A DNA stretch of 64,000 nt from an uncultured Methanosarcinales archaeon (GTDB lineage Archaea; Nanobdellota; Nanobdellia; Woesearchaeales; CAZOXR01): positions 136,905 through 200,904 of the forward strand of contig CAZMIO010000002.1 of assembly GCA_964566535.1 (NCBI GenBank), read 5' to 3'. Positions 48,944 through 58,197 of the stretch are shown here, piece by piece. The position numbers were made by a program, and so were the translations under genes. The notes under the pieces were generated by a model. The model ran no database searches, had not been told where the DNA came from, and saw only the letters and a list, made by a program, of their open reading frames with translations. Numbering within the stretch: the stretch's first letter is position 1; each line of letters begins with the position of its first letter.

Positions 48944-50659
48944 ATGAATGGCGCAAAAACAATTGTTGAAACATTAATCAAACAGGATGTAGATGTAACC
49001 TTCGGATTCCCCGGAGGGTCAGTCATACCACTTTATGATGCTTTCCTAGATTACAAGAGTAAAATAAGAAATATATTGGTTAGGCATGAACAAGGAGCAG
49101 CTCATGCAGCACAAGGGTATGCAAGGGCATCTGGAAAACCCGGTGTATGTATTGCAACCTCTGGGCCTGGAGCAACCAACTTAGTTACAGGAATAATGGA
49201 CGCATATATGGACTCAACACCAATAATTGCATTTGGCGGACAAGTACCAACAGGATTAATTGGAAATGATGCCTTCCAAGAAGCAGATATGATGGGCATT
49301 ACCTTACCAATAACAAAACATAATTTCCAGGTCAGAACCCCTAATCAAATGGCTCCAGTCATTATGAAAGCCTTCAAAATAGCTCAAGAAGGAAGACCAG
49401 GACCCATCTACATAGACTTACCTAAAGATACTCAGACTAAAGAAGTAACTAAACCAATTCCAAAAGAAGTCGAGATTGCTGGATTTCAACCAACTCTTTT
49501 GCCAAATCCATTACAAATAAGAAAAGCAGCAGAAGCAATCTCAAAAGCAGAAAGACCATTATTCGTTATTGGTCAAGGTGTTATCCTATCAGACGCTTCA
49601 AAAGAACTTCATGAACTTATTGACATAACAAAGATCCCAGTAACCACAACATTCATGGCTAAAGGAGCTTTTGATGAATACCATCCATTAAGCTTAGGAA
49701 CAGTAGGTATGCATGGAAGAAAAGTTGCAAACTATGCTACTGTAAACGCAGACCTATTGATTGTAATCGGTTGTAGATTCAGCGACAGAATCACTGGAAA
49801 CTTAAAGACATATGCAGAGAATGCAAAAGTTATCCATGCAGACATAGATCCAGCAGAAATTGGAAAAAATGTAAAAGTAGATATCCCAATAGTAGGAGAT
49901 GCAAAAAATATAATCAAAGACTTAACATCAACAATCAAAAAATTAACATACCAAGAAAAAACTAGTTGGACAAACAAAATCAAACACAATAAAAAAACAT
50001 GTGATGACTGTGTCCCAACACCCAAATCAAACAAACTACATCCAAAAACAGTAATGCTTGAAATTAACAAGATACTAAAACCCGAGGATATAGTTGCTAC
50101 AGGAGTTGGTCAGCACCAAATGTTTGCAGGCCACTTCCTAAAATTCTCAAAACCAAGAACGTTCATAAGTTCAGGAGGAGCAGGAACAATGGGCTTTGGT
50201 TTCCCAGCTGCAATTGGAGCAAAAATTGCAAAACCAAATTCAAACGTCTTCCTAGTAGATGGAGATGGTTCATTCCAAATGACAATTCAGGAATTAGGCA
50301 CAGTAAAAGAAGCAGACATCAAAATAATCATCATCATCATAAACAACTCATACCTGGGTATGGTAAGACAGTGGTTAGAATTATTTTCAGACAAAAGATA
50401 TTCAGAAGTTTACTTAGGCAATACCCCTGACTTCATAAAAGTTGCAGAAGCATACGGACTTAAAGGAATAAGGGTTACAAAAGAAGCAGAAATACAAGAT
50501 GCTTTCAAACAAGCAATAAAAAATGATGTTACGACAATCATAGACATTCAAGTAGAAGAAGAATCAAACATCTTACCTATGCTTCCACCAGGTGGCAACG
50601 TAAAAGATGCTTTTGGAGGCTGTATGGTCGGACCTGGAAAATTTTTCGAGGATGATTAA
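48944..50659 (+). CDS. ilvB: Acetolactate synthase large subunit
   Basis: FGFPGG, RHEQGAAHAA.GYAR, TSGPGATN, DAFQE, and TPP motif GDGSFQM...NNSYLGMVRQW. Confidence 0.96.
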   Translation: MNGAKTIVETLIKQDVDVTFGFPGGSVIPLYDAFLDYKSKIRNILVRHEQGAAHAAQGYARASGKPGVCIATSGPGATNLVTGIMDAYMDSTPIIAFGGQVPTGLIGNDAFQEADMMGITLPITKHNFQVRTPNQMAPVIMKAFKIAQEGRPGPIYIDLPKDTQTKEVTKPIPKEVEIAGFQPTLLPNPLQIRKAAEAISKAERPLFVIGQGVILSDASKELHELIDITKIPVTTTFMAKGAFDEYHPLSLGTVGMHGRKVANYATVNADLLIVIGCRFSDRITGNLKTYAENAKVIHADIDPAEIGKNVKVDIPIVGDAKNIIKDLTSTIKKLTYQEKTSWTNKIKHNKKTCDDCVPTPKSNKLHPKTVMLEINKILKPEDIVATGVGQHQMFAGHFLKFSKPRTFISSGGAGTMGFGFPAAIGAKIAKPNSNVFLVDGDGSFQMTIQELGTVKEADIKIIIIIINNSYLGMVRQWLELFSDKRYSEVYLGNTPDFIKVAEAYGLKGIRVTKEAEIQDAFKQAIKNDVTTIIDIQVEEESNILPMLPPGGNVKDAFGGCMVGPGKFFEDD

Positions 50660-50661
50660 AT

Positions 50662-51150
50662 ATGACAAAAGAAAAGATTCATGTAATCTCAATGTTAGTT
50701 GAAGACCAACCAGGAGTACTTACAAGAATTGCTGGATTGTTTGCAAGAAGGGGATACAACATTAGTACAATAACAGTAGGTAAAACGGCAAAGAAAGGAG
50801 TCTCAAAGATGGTCATAACAGTCAAAGGGGACACAGAAACACTAGAACAGGTTGAAAAACAAGTAAACAAACTAGTAGACACAATCAAAGTTAGTGAAAT
50901 GCGTGAGACTAGTTCAGTCATCAGAGAACTATGCTTACTAAAAATAAGCATCACCGATAAAAAAGCAAAAGAAGAAGTCTTACGCTATACTAAAATTTAT
51001 AAAACTAAGATAGTCGACATAACTCAAAAAGCAGTAACAGCTGAATTGATAGGGGCCCCAGCTAAAATTGATGCATTCATAGACTTAATGAAACAATTTG
51101 GGATAAAAGAAATATCAAGAACAGGGGTTACTGCAATTTCAAGAGGATGA
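50662..51150 (+). CDS. ilvH: Acetolactate synthase small (regulatory ACT) subunit
   Basis: VEDQPGVLTRIAGLFARRGYNI, EQVEKQVNKL, RELCL.K, E.SRTG. Confidence 0.95.
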   Translation: MTKEKIHVISMLVEDQPGVLTRIAGLFARRGYNISTITVGKTAKKGVSKMVITVKGDTETLEQVEKQVNKLVDTIKVSEMRETSSVIRELCLLKISITDKKAKEEVLRYTKIYKTKIVDITQKAVTAELIGAPAKIDAFIDLMKQFGIKEISRTGVTAISRG

Positions 51151-51168
51151 TTAACAAACCAAACTAAA

Positions 51169-52434
51169 ATGCCATCAACAATAACTGAAAAAATACTTGC
51201 ACGCCACTGTGGAAAAACCCAAGTTAAACCATGGGAATTAATTAACGCAGACATAGATGTAGTCCTATGCCACGACGTTACAACCCCTCCTGCAATTGAC
51301 ATGTTAAATAAAAGAAACATAAAAAAAGTCTTCGATCCAGAAAAAGTAGTTGTTACTCCAGATCATTTCGTTCCAAACAAAGACATAGAATCAGCAGAAC
51401 TAGCAAAAAGATTAAGAGAATGGGTACACTCTAACAAAATAAAAAACTATTACAAGATAGGCAACCATGGTGTTTGTCACGCAATACTTCCTGAACAAGG
51501 CCATGTTACCCCAAGTAGCCTAATCATAGGAGCAGACTCACATACTTGCACTTATGGAGCACTAGGTGCATTCTCGACAGGTGTTGGCTCAACAGACTTA
51601 GCAGCAGCATTAGCAACTGGGAAGCTTTGGTTTAAAGTCCCAGAAACAATAAAATTCATCATCAACGGAAAACTACCCAAAGGGGTCTACTCAAAAGATA
51701 TTATCTTACATATAATCTCAGACATCGGAGTAGATGGAGCTTTATACAAAGCAATGGAATTTACAGGAAGTACAATTGATGAACTTTCAATAGAAGCAAG
51801 AATGACCATAACAAATATGGCAATAGAAGCAGGAGCAAAATCAGGGATAATGCAAGCAGATGACAAAGTAAAAGCTTACCTAAAAGAAAAAACAAGCAAA
51901 AAGTTTGAAATAGTAAAATCAGACAAAGACGCTACCTACTTAGAAACAAAAGAATATGATATTTCAAACTTAGAACCAATCGTAACCGTACCAAATCTAC
52001 CAAGCAATGGAAAATTCATTTCAGAATTAAAGAAAGGCATCAAAGTAGATCAAGCTTACTTAGGTAGCTGCACAAATGGACGTATAGAAGACCTAAGAGT
52101 TGCAGCAGACATCCTAAAAGGAAAGAAAATAGCAGAAAATACAAGAATGATAGTAGTTCCAGCAACAACAGACATCTGGAAACAAGCAAACAAAGAAGGC
52201 TTACTAGACATTTTCATGGAATTTGGTGCAACAGTATCAACTCCAACTTGTGGAGCATGCTTAGGAGGCCATATGGGGATCCTAGCAGAAGGAGAAATAT
52301 GTATCTCCTCAACTAACAGAAACTTCACAGGCCGTATGGGCCATCCAAAATCAGAAGTTTACTTAGCAAGCCCAGCAACAGTAGCAGCATCAGCCATAGA
52401 AGGCAAGATAGCAGATCCAAGGAGATACTTATAA
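51169..52434 (+). CDS. leuC: 3-isopropylmalate dehydratase large subunit
   Basis: [47 protein letters not shown]; operon context. Confidence 0.93.
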   Translation: MPSTITEKILARHCGKTQVKPWELINADIDVVLCHDVTTPPAIDMLNKRNIKKVFDPEKVVVTPDHFVPNKDIESAELAKRLREWVHSNKIKNYYKIGNHGVCHAILPEQGHVTPSSLIIGADSHTCTYGALGAFSTGVGSTDLAAALATGKLWFKVPETIKFIINGKLPKGVYSKDIILHIISDIGVDGALYKAMEFTGSTIDELSIEARMTITNMAIEAGAKSGIMQADDKVKAYLKEKTSKKFEIVKSDKDATYLETKEYDISNLEPIVTVPNLPSNGKFISELKKGIKVDQAYLGSCTNGRIEDLRVAADILKGKKIAENTRMIVVPATTDIWKQANKEGLLDIFMEFGATVSTPTCGACLGGHMGILAEGEICISSTNRNFTGRMGHPKSEVYLASPATVAASAIEGKIADPRRYL

Positions 52435-52439
52435 TCAAA

Positions 52440-52919
52440 ATGAAAGGCCACACCCACATCTACAAAAAAGACTACATCAACACAGATGAAATAATTCCAG
52501 CTAGATACCTCAATATCGACAAAGAAGAAGAACTAGCTAAACATGCAATGGAAGATCTAGATGAATGTTTTGTAAAAAACGTAAAAAAAGGAGACTTCAT
52601 AGTAGCAGGAGAAAACTTTGGTTGTGGAAGTTCAAGAGAACATGCAGTTTGGGCCCTAAGAGGAGCAGGAGTAAAAGCTATTATTGCAGATTCATTTGCA
52701 AGAATCTTCTTCAGAAACTGCATAAACAACGGTTTCTATGCGATAGAGTGCAAAGACCTAAAAAACAAAATAAAAGATGGAGATGAATTAGAGATAGACA
52801 TAGAACAAGGAACCATAACTAACTTATCAGACAAAAAACAATATAAATTCGCACCATTTCCTCAGTTTGCTATAGACATAATCAACGCTGGCGGACTTTT
52901 AAATTATATAGAAAAATAA
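52440..52919 (+). CDS. leuD: 3-isopropylmalate dehydratase small subunit
   Basis: INTDEIIP, NFGCGSSREHA, SFARIFFRN, AGGLL. Confidence 0.94.
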   Translation: MKGHTHIYKKDYINTDEIIPARYLNIDKEEELAKHAMEDLDECFVKNVKKGDFIVAGENFGCGSSREHAVWALRGAGVKAIIADSFARIFFRNCINNGFYAIECKDLKNKIKDGDELEIDIEQGTITNLSDKKQYKFAPFPQFAIDIINAGGLLNYIEK

Positions 52920-54920
52920 TTATTTAGCAACCGCAATATCTCTTGTCTGAAGTGTCCATATCTTCTTTTTCCTTATGCAGAATTCAATATCTTGAGGAAC
53001 TCCTCTCTTCTTCTGCTCAATAAAGCGCGAAGTATTAACAACGCCCATCAGTAATCCACCCAATTCATGCTCTAGTGGCCCGCTAATATGCTGTACTTCA
53101 AGATTCCTCTTATCTATAACAAAAATAGTAGGAGTCTTTCTGCCAGAAACAAGTTCCTCACCATGGCCCTTCACCACCTCAACCTTCATATGGTCACGAG
53201 AAGGCTCAATTGTTCTCTTCCTCCTTTGGCCCCCTTCAATCTTTGTATAATTAAACTTCTCAGTGATAACCGTATACACAACACCAGAGTAATCAGCATA
53301 GATCATATTCTGCACAACAACAGCCATTTTAGCTTTCTGTTCATCAATACCTAACTTGCTCCTATGATATACTGCTCTATGGGAATACAACGAAGCCCAG
53401 CACCGTTTCAAATTAGTCGTTATCAATTTCATCCCTCTTCTAAATAAATAAGTGCTGTGCAATCCTGCAAAAGTTGACTCTTCGGTATCCTCAGTTGTTG
53501 CTGAACTCCTAATAGAAACATGCCCAGAACCAATCCCTTTGTATGCTTTCCTTATCTGAGCTGTAACTTCATCCGGAATCTTTACTCTCTGAAATATTTC
53601 TTCAATCTCTTCCTCAGACATTTTACCAATATCGACTAATTTCTCAGTCAAGTACTCATAATTCTTAAGGATTACATAGATGTAAGCATCTACAGTTATT
53701 GTAAAGCCATTAGGAACCGAAATCTGACCCATCCTCATTAACCTATAAAGATTAATAGCTTTTCCACCAACCTTTTCAATATTCGAACTCTTAGAAAGCG
53801 GCAGCACAAAAACCTTAGCATCCCTATAAGCTTCAAGATCTTGAAGCGGGAAAAGACCCCTAAATGACAGAACTCCTTGGTCCGGAGTCCCACCACCTTC
53901 TCTTCGAGATTCCCCATCTTTTGCAACAATCTCATGATATTCTGCTTCAGTTATCTTCCTAACATGCCCTTCATCCGCATCAAGATACATATAATCCCCA
54001 GTATCAAAATCCTTGAGAATGGAATTTCTCCCTACAATACAAGGAATCTTATGCTCTCTTGCAATCATTGCAGCATGAGACGTAGACCCTCCTTTTTGAG
54101 TGATTATTCCACTAGATTTCATCATAGCAGCATTGATTTCAGGAGTTGGATTTTCAGCAATAAGTATCTCTCCCTGTCTAAAATCAGAAACATTTTTTGA
54201 ACTAACTTTTCTAACCCTACCCCACGCCTTACCATTATACACAATAATCCCTTCTCCTCCAGTTAAATAACCCATGACAAACGCAGAAACCTCTCCTAAA
54301 ACATAGATACTCCCTTCCTTGTAGTATTGTGCTACAATATTCTCCACTTCAAATTCCTTATCATCCGTCTCTGGTAATTTGTCTTCTAATCTCAACCTTA
54401 ATTCCATAATCACTGCCTCAGAATACATTTCAATCCCTCTTTCTATAGAGTTCATTGCTTGAACCAAAAGTTGCATATTACCCTGAGAATCGCCCTTACC
54501 TTTATAGTAAAGATACTCTTTTAATAAAACAAGCGCCCTTTGAAAACCAGTCTCAACCTTAGGCCCTACTCTCTGCCTTAGCTTTTGAGCAACCCTTTTC
54601 CCTTTTTTATCAATATACTCTCCAGCCTCATTTTTAATAAACCGTTTAAATGCACCCATATGACTTGCCACAACACTAGTTAGAATCTGTTGCAAATAAA
54701 CTACATACTTCATCAATTCAGCAACTGTCATTATTTGTGGATGTTTTGCTGGATCTAGCTGAGCATTAACAAAACCATACGATAGATGCTCCTGAGATTC
54801 TAAAAATGTATCAAATTGCTGAAGCTCATCTCCAAACCGAATTGTATCTCCATCAGTTGACGGAGAAACCCTGGCTATTACTAAATGTAACCTTCTACGA
54901 ACATCGCCCAAACCCACCAT
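52920..54920 (-). CDS. PEP-utilizer/PPDK-related dikinase: unknown N-domain + phospho-His swivel domain + C-terminal ATP-grasp domain (start probably MVGLG at 54920)
   Basis: GEILIA...GIITQKGGSTSHAAMIAREHKIPCIVG, followed by VGGKA.NL, VPNGF, SIRSSATTED....FAG, MAVVVQ.M, GHGEELVSG, QDIEF, LQTR. Confidence 0.85.
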   Translation of the reverse strand: MVGLGDVRRRLHLVIARVSPSTDGDTIRFGDELQQFDTFLESQEHLSYGFVNAQLDPAKHPQIMTVAELMKYVVYLQQILTSVVASHMGAFKRFIKNEAGEYIDKKGKRVAQKLRQRVGPKVETGFQRALVLLKEYLYYKGKGDSQGNMQLLVQAMNSIERGIEMYSEAVIMELRLRLEDKLPETDDKEFEVENIVAQYYKEGSIYVLGEVSAFVMGYLTGGEGIIVYNGKAWGRVRKVSSKNVSDFRQGEILIAENPTPEINAAMMKSSGIITQKGGSTSHAAMIAREHKIPCIVGRNSILKDFDTGDYMYLDADEGHVRKITEAEYHEIVAKDGESRREGGGTPDQGVLSFRGLFPLQDLEAYRDAKVFVLPLSKSSNIEKVGGKAINLYRLMRMGQISVPNGFTITVDAYIYVILKNYEYLTEKLVDIGKMSEEEIEEIFQRVKIPDEVTAQIRKAYKGIGSGHVSIRSSATTEDTEESTFAGLHSTYLFRRGMKLITTNLKRCWASLYSHRAVYHRSKLGIDEQKAKMAVVVQNMIYADYSGVVYTVITEKFNYTKIEGGQRRKRTIEPSRDHMKVEVVKGHGEELVSGRKTPTIFVIDKRNLEVQHISGPLEHELGGLLMGVVNTSRFIEQKKRGVPQDIEFCIRKKKIWTLQTRDIAVAK

Positions 54921-54970
54921 CAACCATCTAACAAAACATATATAAACCATTCTTAATTAACATAATTATC

Positions 54971-56098
54971 ATGAAATCCTACAAAATCGCATTGATGCCA
55001 GGAGACGGAATAGGACCTGAAATAATCAGAGAAGGAGTTAAAGTACTAGATAAAACAGCAGACTTAAACAACTTCAACATCAACTGGGTAAACTATGATA
55101 ACGGAGCAGAAAAATACCTTAAAACAAAAGAACTTATCACAGAAGACACTCTAAAAGAAATTAAAAACAGCTGCAAAGCAATCTACTTAGGTGCATTAGG
55201 AGACCCAAGATGCAAACCAGGAATATTAGAAAAAGGTATTCTATTAAAAACAAGATTCTACTTTGACCAATACATTAACCTAAGACCTATCAAACTATTA
55301 GAAGGAGTTTGGTGCCCATTGAAAGATAAAACACCAAAAGACATAGACTTCACAGTTGTCAGAGAAAATACTGAAGACTTCTATGTGGGAATTGGAAACA
55401 GAGCAAAGATTGGAAAATCAAAACAAGAATTAGAAGTTATCAGATCCCTTTATGAAGTAAAGTTCAATCTAGACATAGAAACACAAAACTCCGAAATAGC
55501 TTACCAAATTGGAGTTCTAAGCCAAAAAGGATCCAAGCGTGTCATAGAATATGCTTTTGAACTAGCAAAAAAACAGGGAAAAACAAAAGTTACAGCAGTT
55601 GACAAAGCAAATGTACTAAACAACATTTACAACTTTTGGAGAGAAATAGTAGAGCAAACCTCAAAAAAATATCCTAATATCAATCACGAATTCAATTATG
55701 TAGATGCAATAACAATGTGGTTTGTTAAAAATCCAGAATGGTTTGAAGTTGTTGTAACTCCAAATATGTTTGGCGACATAATAACTGACTTAGGAGCAAT
55801 GATACAAGGCGGATTAGGATTAGCACCAGGCGGAAACATCAACCCAAAAGGAATCTCAATGTTCGAACCTATTCACGGCTCAGCCCCAAAATATAAAGAT
55901 AAAAACGTTGCAAACCCATTAGCAACAATCTGGGCAGGAGCAATGATGTTAGATGAAATTGGCCAAAAAAAAGCAGCTGAGCAAATTGTAAACTCAATCC
56001 AATCAGTAATTAAGCAGGGAAAAGTAAAAACAAAAGACTTAGGTGGAAAAAATACATGCTCAGACATGGGAGATGCAGTATCATCTAACTTAAAATGA
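54971..56098 (+). CDS. leuB: 3-isopropylmalate dehydrogenase (isocitrate/isopropylmalate DH family)
   Basis: [46 protein letters not shown]; pathway context. Confidence 0.88.
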   Translation: MKSYKIALMPGDGIGPEIIREGVKVLDKTADLNNFNINWVNYDNGAEKYLKTKELITEDTLKEIKNSCKAIYLGALGDPRCKPGILEKGILLKTRFYFDQYINLRPIKLLEGVWCPLKDKTPKDIDFTVVRENTEDFYVGIGNRAKIGKSKQELEVIRSLYEVKFNLDIETQNSEIAYQIGVLSQKGSKRVIEYAFELAKKQGKTKVTAVDKANVLNNIYNFWREIVEQTSKKYPNINHEFNYVDAITMWFVKNPEWFEVVVTPNMFGDIITDLGAMIQGGLGLAPGGNINPKGISMFEPIHGSAPKYKDKNVANPLATIWAGAMMLDEIGQKKAAEQIVNSIQSVIKQGKVKTKDLGGKNTCSDMGDAVSSNLK

Positions 56099-56181
56099 TT
56101 CAAACAGCAACATAATTAAAGTTAATTTTATAAATACTCTCACATTCCTAAACACAATTAATTAACAGGAGGAAATAAAAA

Positions 56182-57183
56182 ATGGTAAACATATTACATG
56201 ATAAAGATGCTGACGAAAAAGCATTAGAAGGAAAAACAGTTGCAGTTATTGGATATGGTAGCCAGGGTTCTGCTCAGGCAATAATGATGAAAGAATCAGG
56301 AGTTAATGTTATTGTAGGAGAAACCGAAAAATTAGGAGACAACCCAAATCAAAGCTGGAGCAAAGCAAAGGAAGATGGATTTGAAGTTATGACAATTTCA
56401 GAAGCCTCAGAAAAAGCAGACATTATCCACATGCTGTTACCAGACGAATTCCATGCACCAGTTTACAAAGAACATATTGAACAGCACATGAAAGCAGGAA
56501 AAGTCCTTTCATGCAGTCATGGATTTAACATAGTCTACAAACAAATCCTCCCCTCAAAAGACATTGATGTTATAATGGTTGCCCCAAAAGCACCCGCTAC
56601 TGAGGAACTAAAAGCTTACAAAGCAGGATTTGGAGTTCCAGGTTTAGTAGCAGTACAACAAGATGCAAGCGGAAAAGCAAAAGACATTGCATTAGCAATG
56701 GCAAAATCAATGAGATTCACAAAAGCAGGAGTCTTAGAATGTACTTTCGAACAAGAAACTTACGAAGACCTTTTCGGAGAACAAAACGTTCTTTGTGGTG
56801 GTTGTGTTGACATCGTAAAATACGGATTTGAAGTATTAGTTGAAGCTGGATATCCTCCAGAAATGGCCTACTTCGAATGTATGCATGAATTAAAGCTAAT
56901 TGTAGACTTAATGTTTGAAGGGGGTATTCAAAAGATGAATGCAGTTATCTCAAACACTGCAGAATTCGGAGAATACTACAACGGACCAAAGATAATTGAC
57001 CCAAGCGTCAAAGAAAGGATGAAAGAATCTCTAAAGAGAATCGAAGATGGAACTTTTGCCAAAGACTGGCTTGAAGAGTCCAGAAAAGGAGCTCCAAACC
57101 TATTAGCAAAAAGAAAAGCTCTTGGAGAACATCCAATAGAGATAGTTGGGAAGAGAATCAGAGAAATGTTCGAAAAGAAATAA
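56182..57183 (+). CDS. ilvC: Ketol-acid reductoisomerase
   Basis: VIGYGSQG, LLPDE, HGFNI, MVAPK, EDLFGEQ.VLCGG, AYFECMHELKLIVDL, SNTAEFG. SD GGAGG upstream. Confidence 0.96.
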   Translation: MVNILHDKDADEKALEGKTVAVIGYGSQGSAQAIMMKESGVNVIVGETEKLGDNPNQSWSKAKEDGFEVMTISEASEKADIIHMLLPDEFHAPVYKEHIEQHMKAGKVLSCSHGFNIVYKQILPSKDIDVIMVAPKAPATEELKAYKAGFGVPGLVAVQQDASGKAKDIALAMAKSMRFTKAGVLECTFEQETYEDLFGEQNVLCGGCVDIVKYGFEVLVEAGYPPEMAYFECMHELKLIVDLMFEGGIQKMNAVISNTAEFGEYYNGPKIIDPSVKERMKESLKRIEDGTFAKDWLEESRKGAPNLLAKRKALGEHPIEIVGKRIREMFEKK

Positions 57184-57193
57184 TTTTTTATTT

Positions 57194-57336
57194 TGTCAAG
57201 AACCGCCAATCAAAGATAGATGGAATATAACAAATTATTGCTACGCCTGTTGGTTCTTGAGCATGCTCAGAATTTTCCTGAAGCCCACATTGGATGTTGA
57301 ATCACTAATCAGAGACCAGATGGAAAATTCTGACAT
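57194..57336. repeat. Second copy of the modular palindromic element (two units with 47- and 43-nt loops)
   Basis: tg-TCAAGAACC-[47 nt]-GGTTCTTGA gcatgc TCAGAATTTTCC-[43 nt]-GGAAAATTCTGA-cat, between convergent ilvC and MBL genes. Confidence 0.85.
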
Positions 57337-57337
57337 T

Positions 57338-58108
57338 TTATCTTATTCTAACCAAATCAGAAGCCTTCTCTTTGCAAGAAACAAAAACATCAGGATCAAT
57401 ATCTTTTCTTTCATTTAACAACCCAAAAGCCCTAAGCGCAAGCTCAGGAGTATTATTATTCTGGCTAAGGTGAGAAAGCAATATGCTCTGTAATCTCTTA
57501 GATCCACAGCTCAACACCAATAAAGCAGCCTCATAATTAGAGATATGCCCATACTTAGAAGCTATCCTCTTCTTAAGGTAAGCTGGATATCCTCCATTCT
57601 TCAACATATTAATGTCATGATTAGACTCAAGTATCAAAGAATCACACTGAGAAATATTTGAAACTACATTCTTGCATGCATATCCAATATCTGTTATCAC
57701 CCCTAGCCTCTTCCCACCAGCCTCCAAACAATAAGAAACAGGATCAAAAGCATCATGAGACTTAGAAAACGCCTGAACATGAATCCCATTAACATTCACC
57801 AACTCATCATTCTTTATAGTATGGATCAAACCCTTCTCCCTACATATCAAAGCAGCATCTGCAGTCTTCTTAGTCAGAAAAACAGGAATCTCATGCCTAG
57901 AAGCTAGAACATCTACCCCTCGTATATGATCAGTATGTTCGTGAGTAACAAATATCCCCCTAATCTTATCAATCGACTCACCGATAGAATCAAGCCTTTC
58001 AGTCACTTGCTTCGCAGATATCCCACAGTCTACCAAAACAGCCGTACCACCTTTTTTTACATAAAAACAGTTCCCAGAGGAACCTGATGCTAATGCACAA
58101 AATTCCAA
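57338..58108 (-). CDS. Metallo-beta-lactamase fold hydrolase (YycJ/WalJ-like), TTG start
   Basis: ASGSSGN, LVDCG, THEHTDH, SHDA, TDIG, LESNHD, GHISN, HLSQNNN. Confidence 0.92.
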   Translation of the reverse strand: MEFCALASGSSGNCFYVKKGGTAVLVDCGISAKQVTERLDSIGESIDKIRGIFVTHEHTDHIRGVDVLASRHEIPVFLTKKTADAALICREKGLIHTIKNDELVNVNGIHVQAFSKSHDAFDPVSYCLEAGGKRLGVITDIGYACKNVVSNISQCDSLILESNHDINMLKNGGYPAYLKKRIASKYGHISNYEAALLVLSCGSKRLQSILLSHLSQNNNTPELALRAFGLLNERKDIDPDVFVSCKEKASDLVRIR

Positions 58109-58197
58109 TTTAATAAAAAAGAATTAGAACTTACTTTTAATCTTTATTGTTATCAAATATATAGTTAATCTTTATTCTTTTTCCTCAACCATCAAAA

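Noticed and set aside
57146..57418. 90-aa + strand ORF across the ilvC-MBL gap
   Set aside because: Overlaps both neighbours and runs through the palindromic element, so it is probably spurious.
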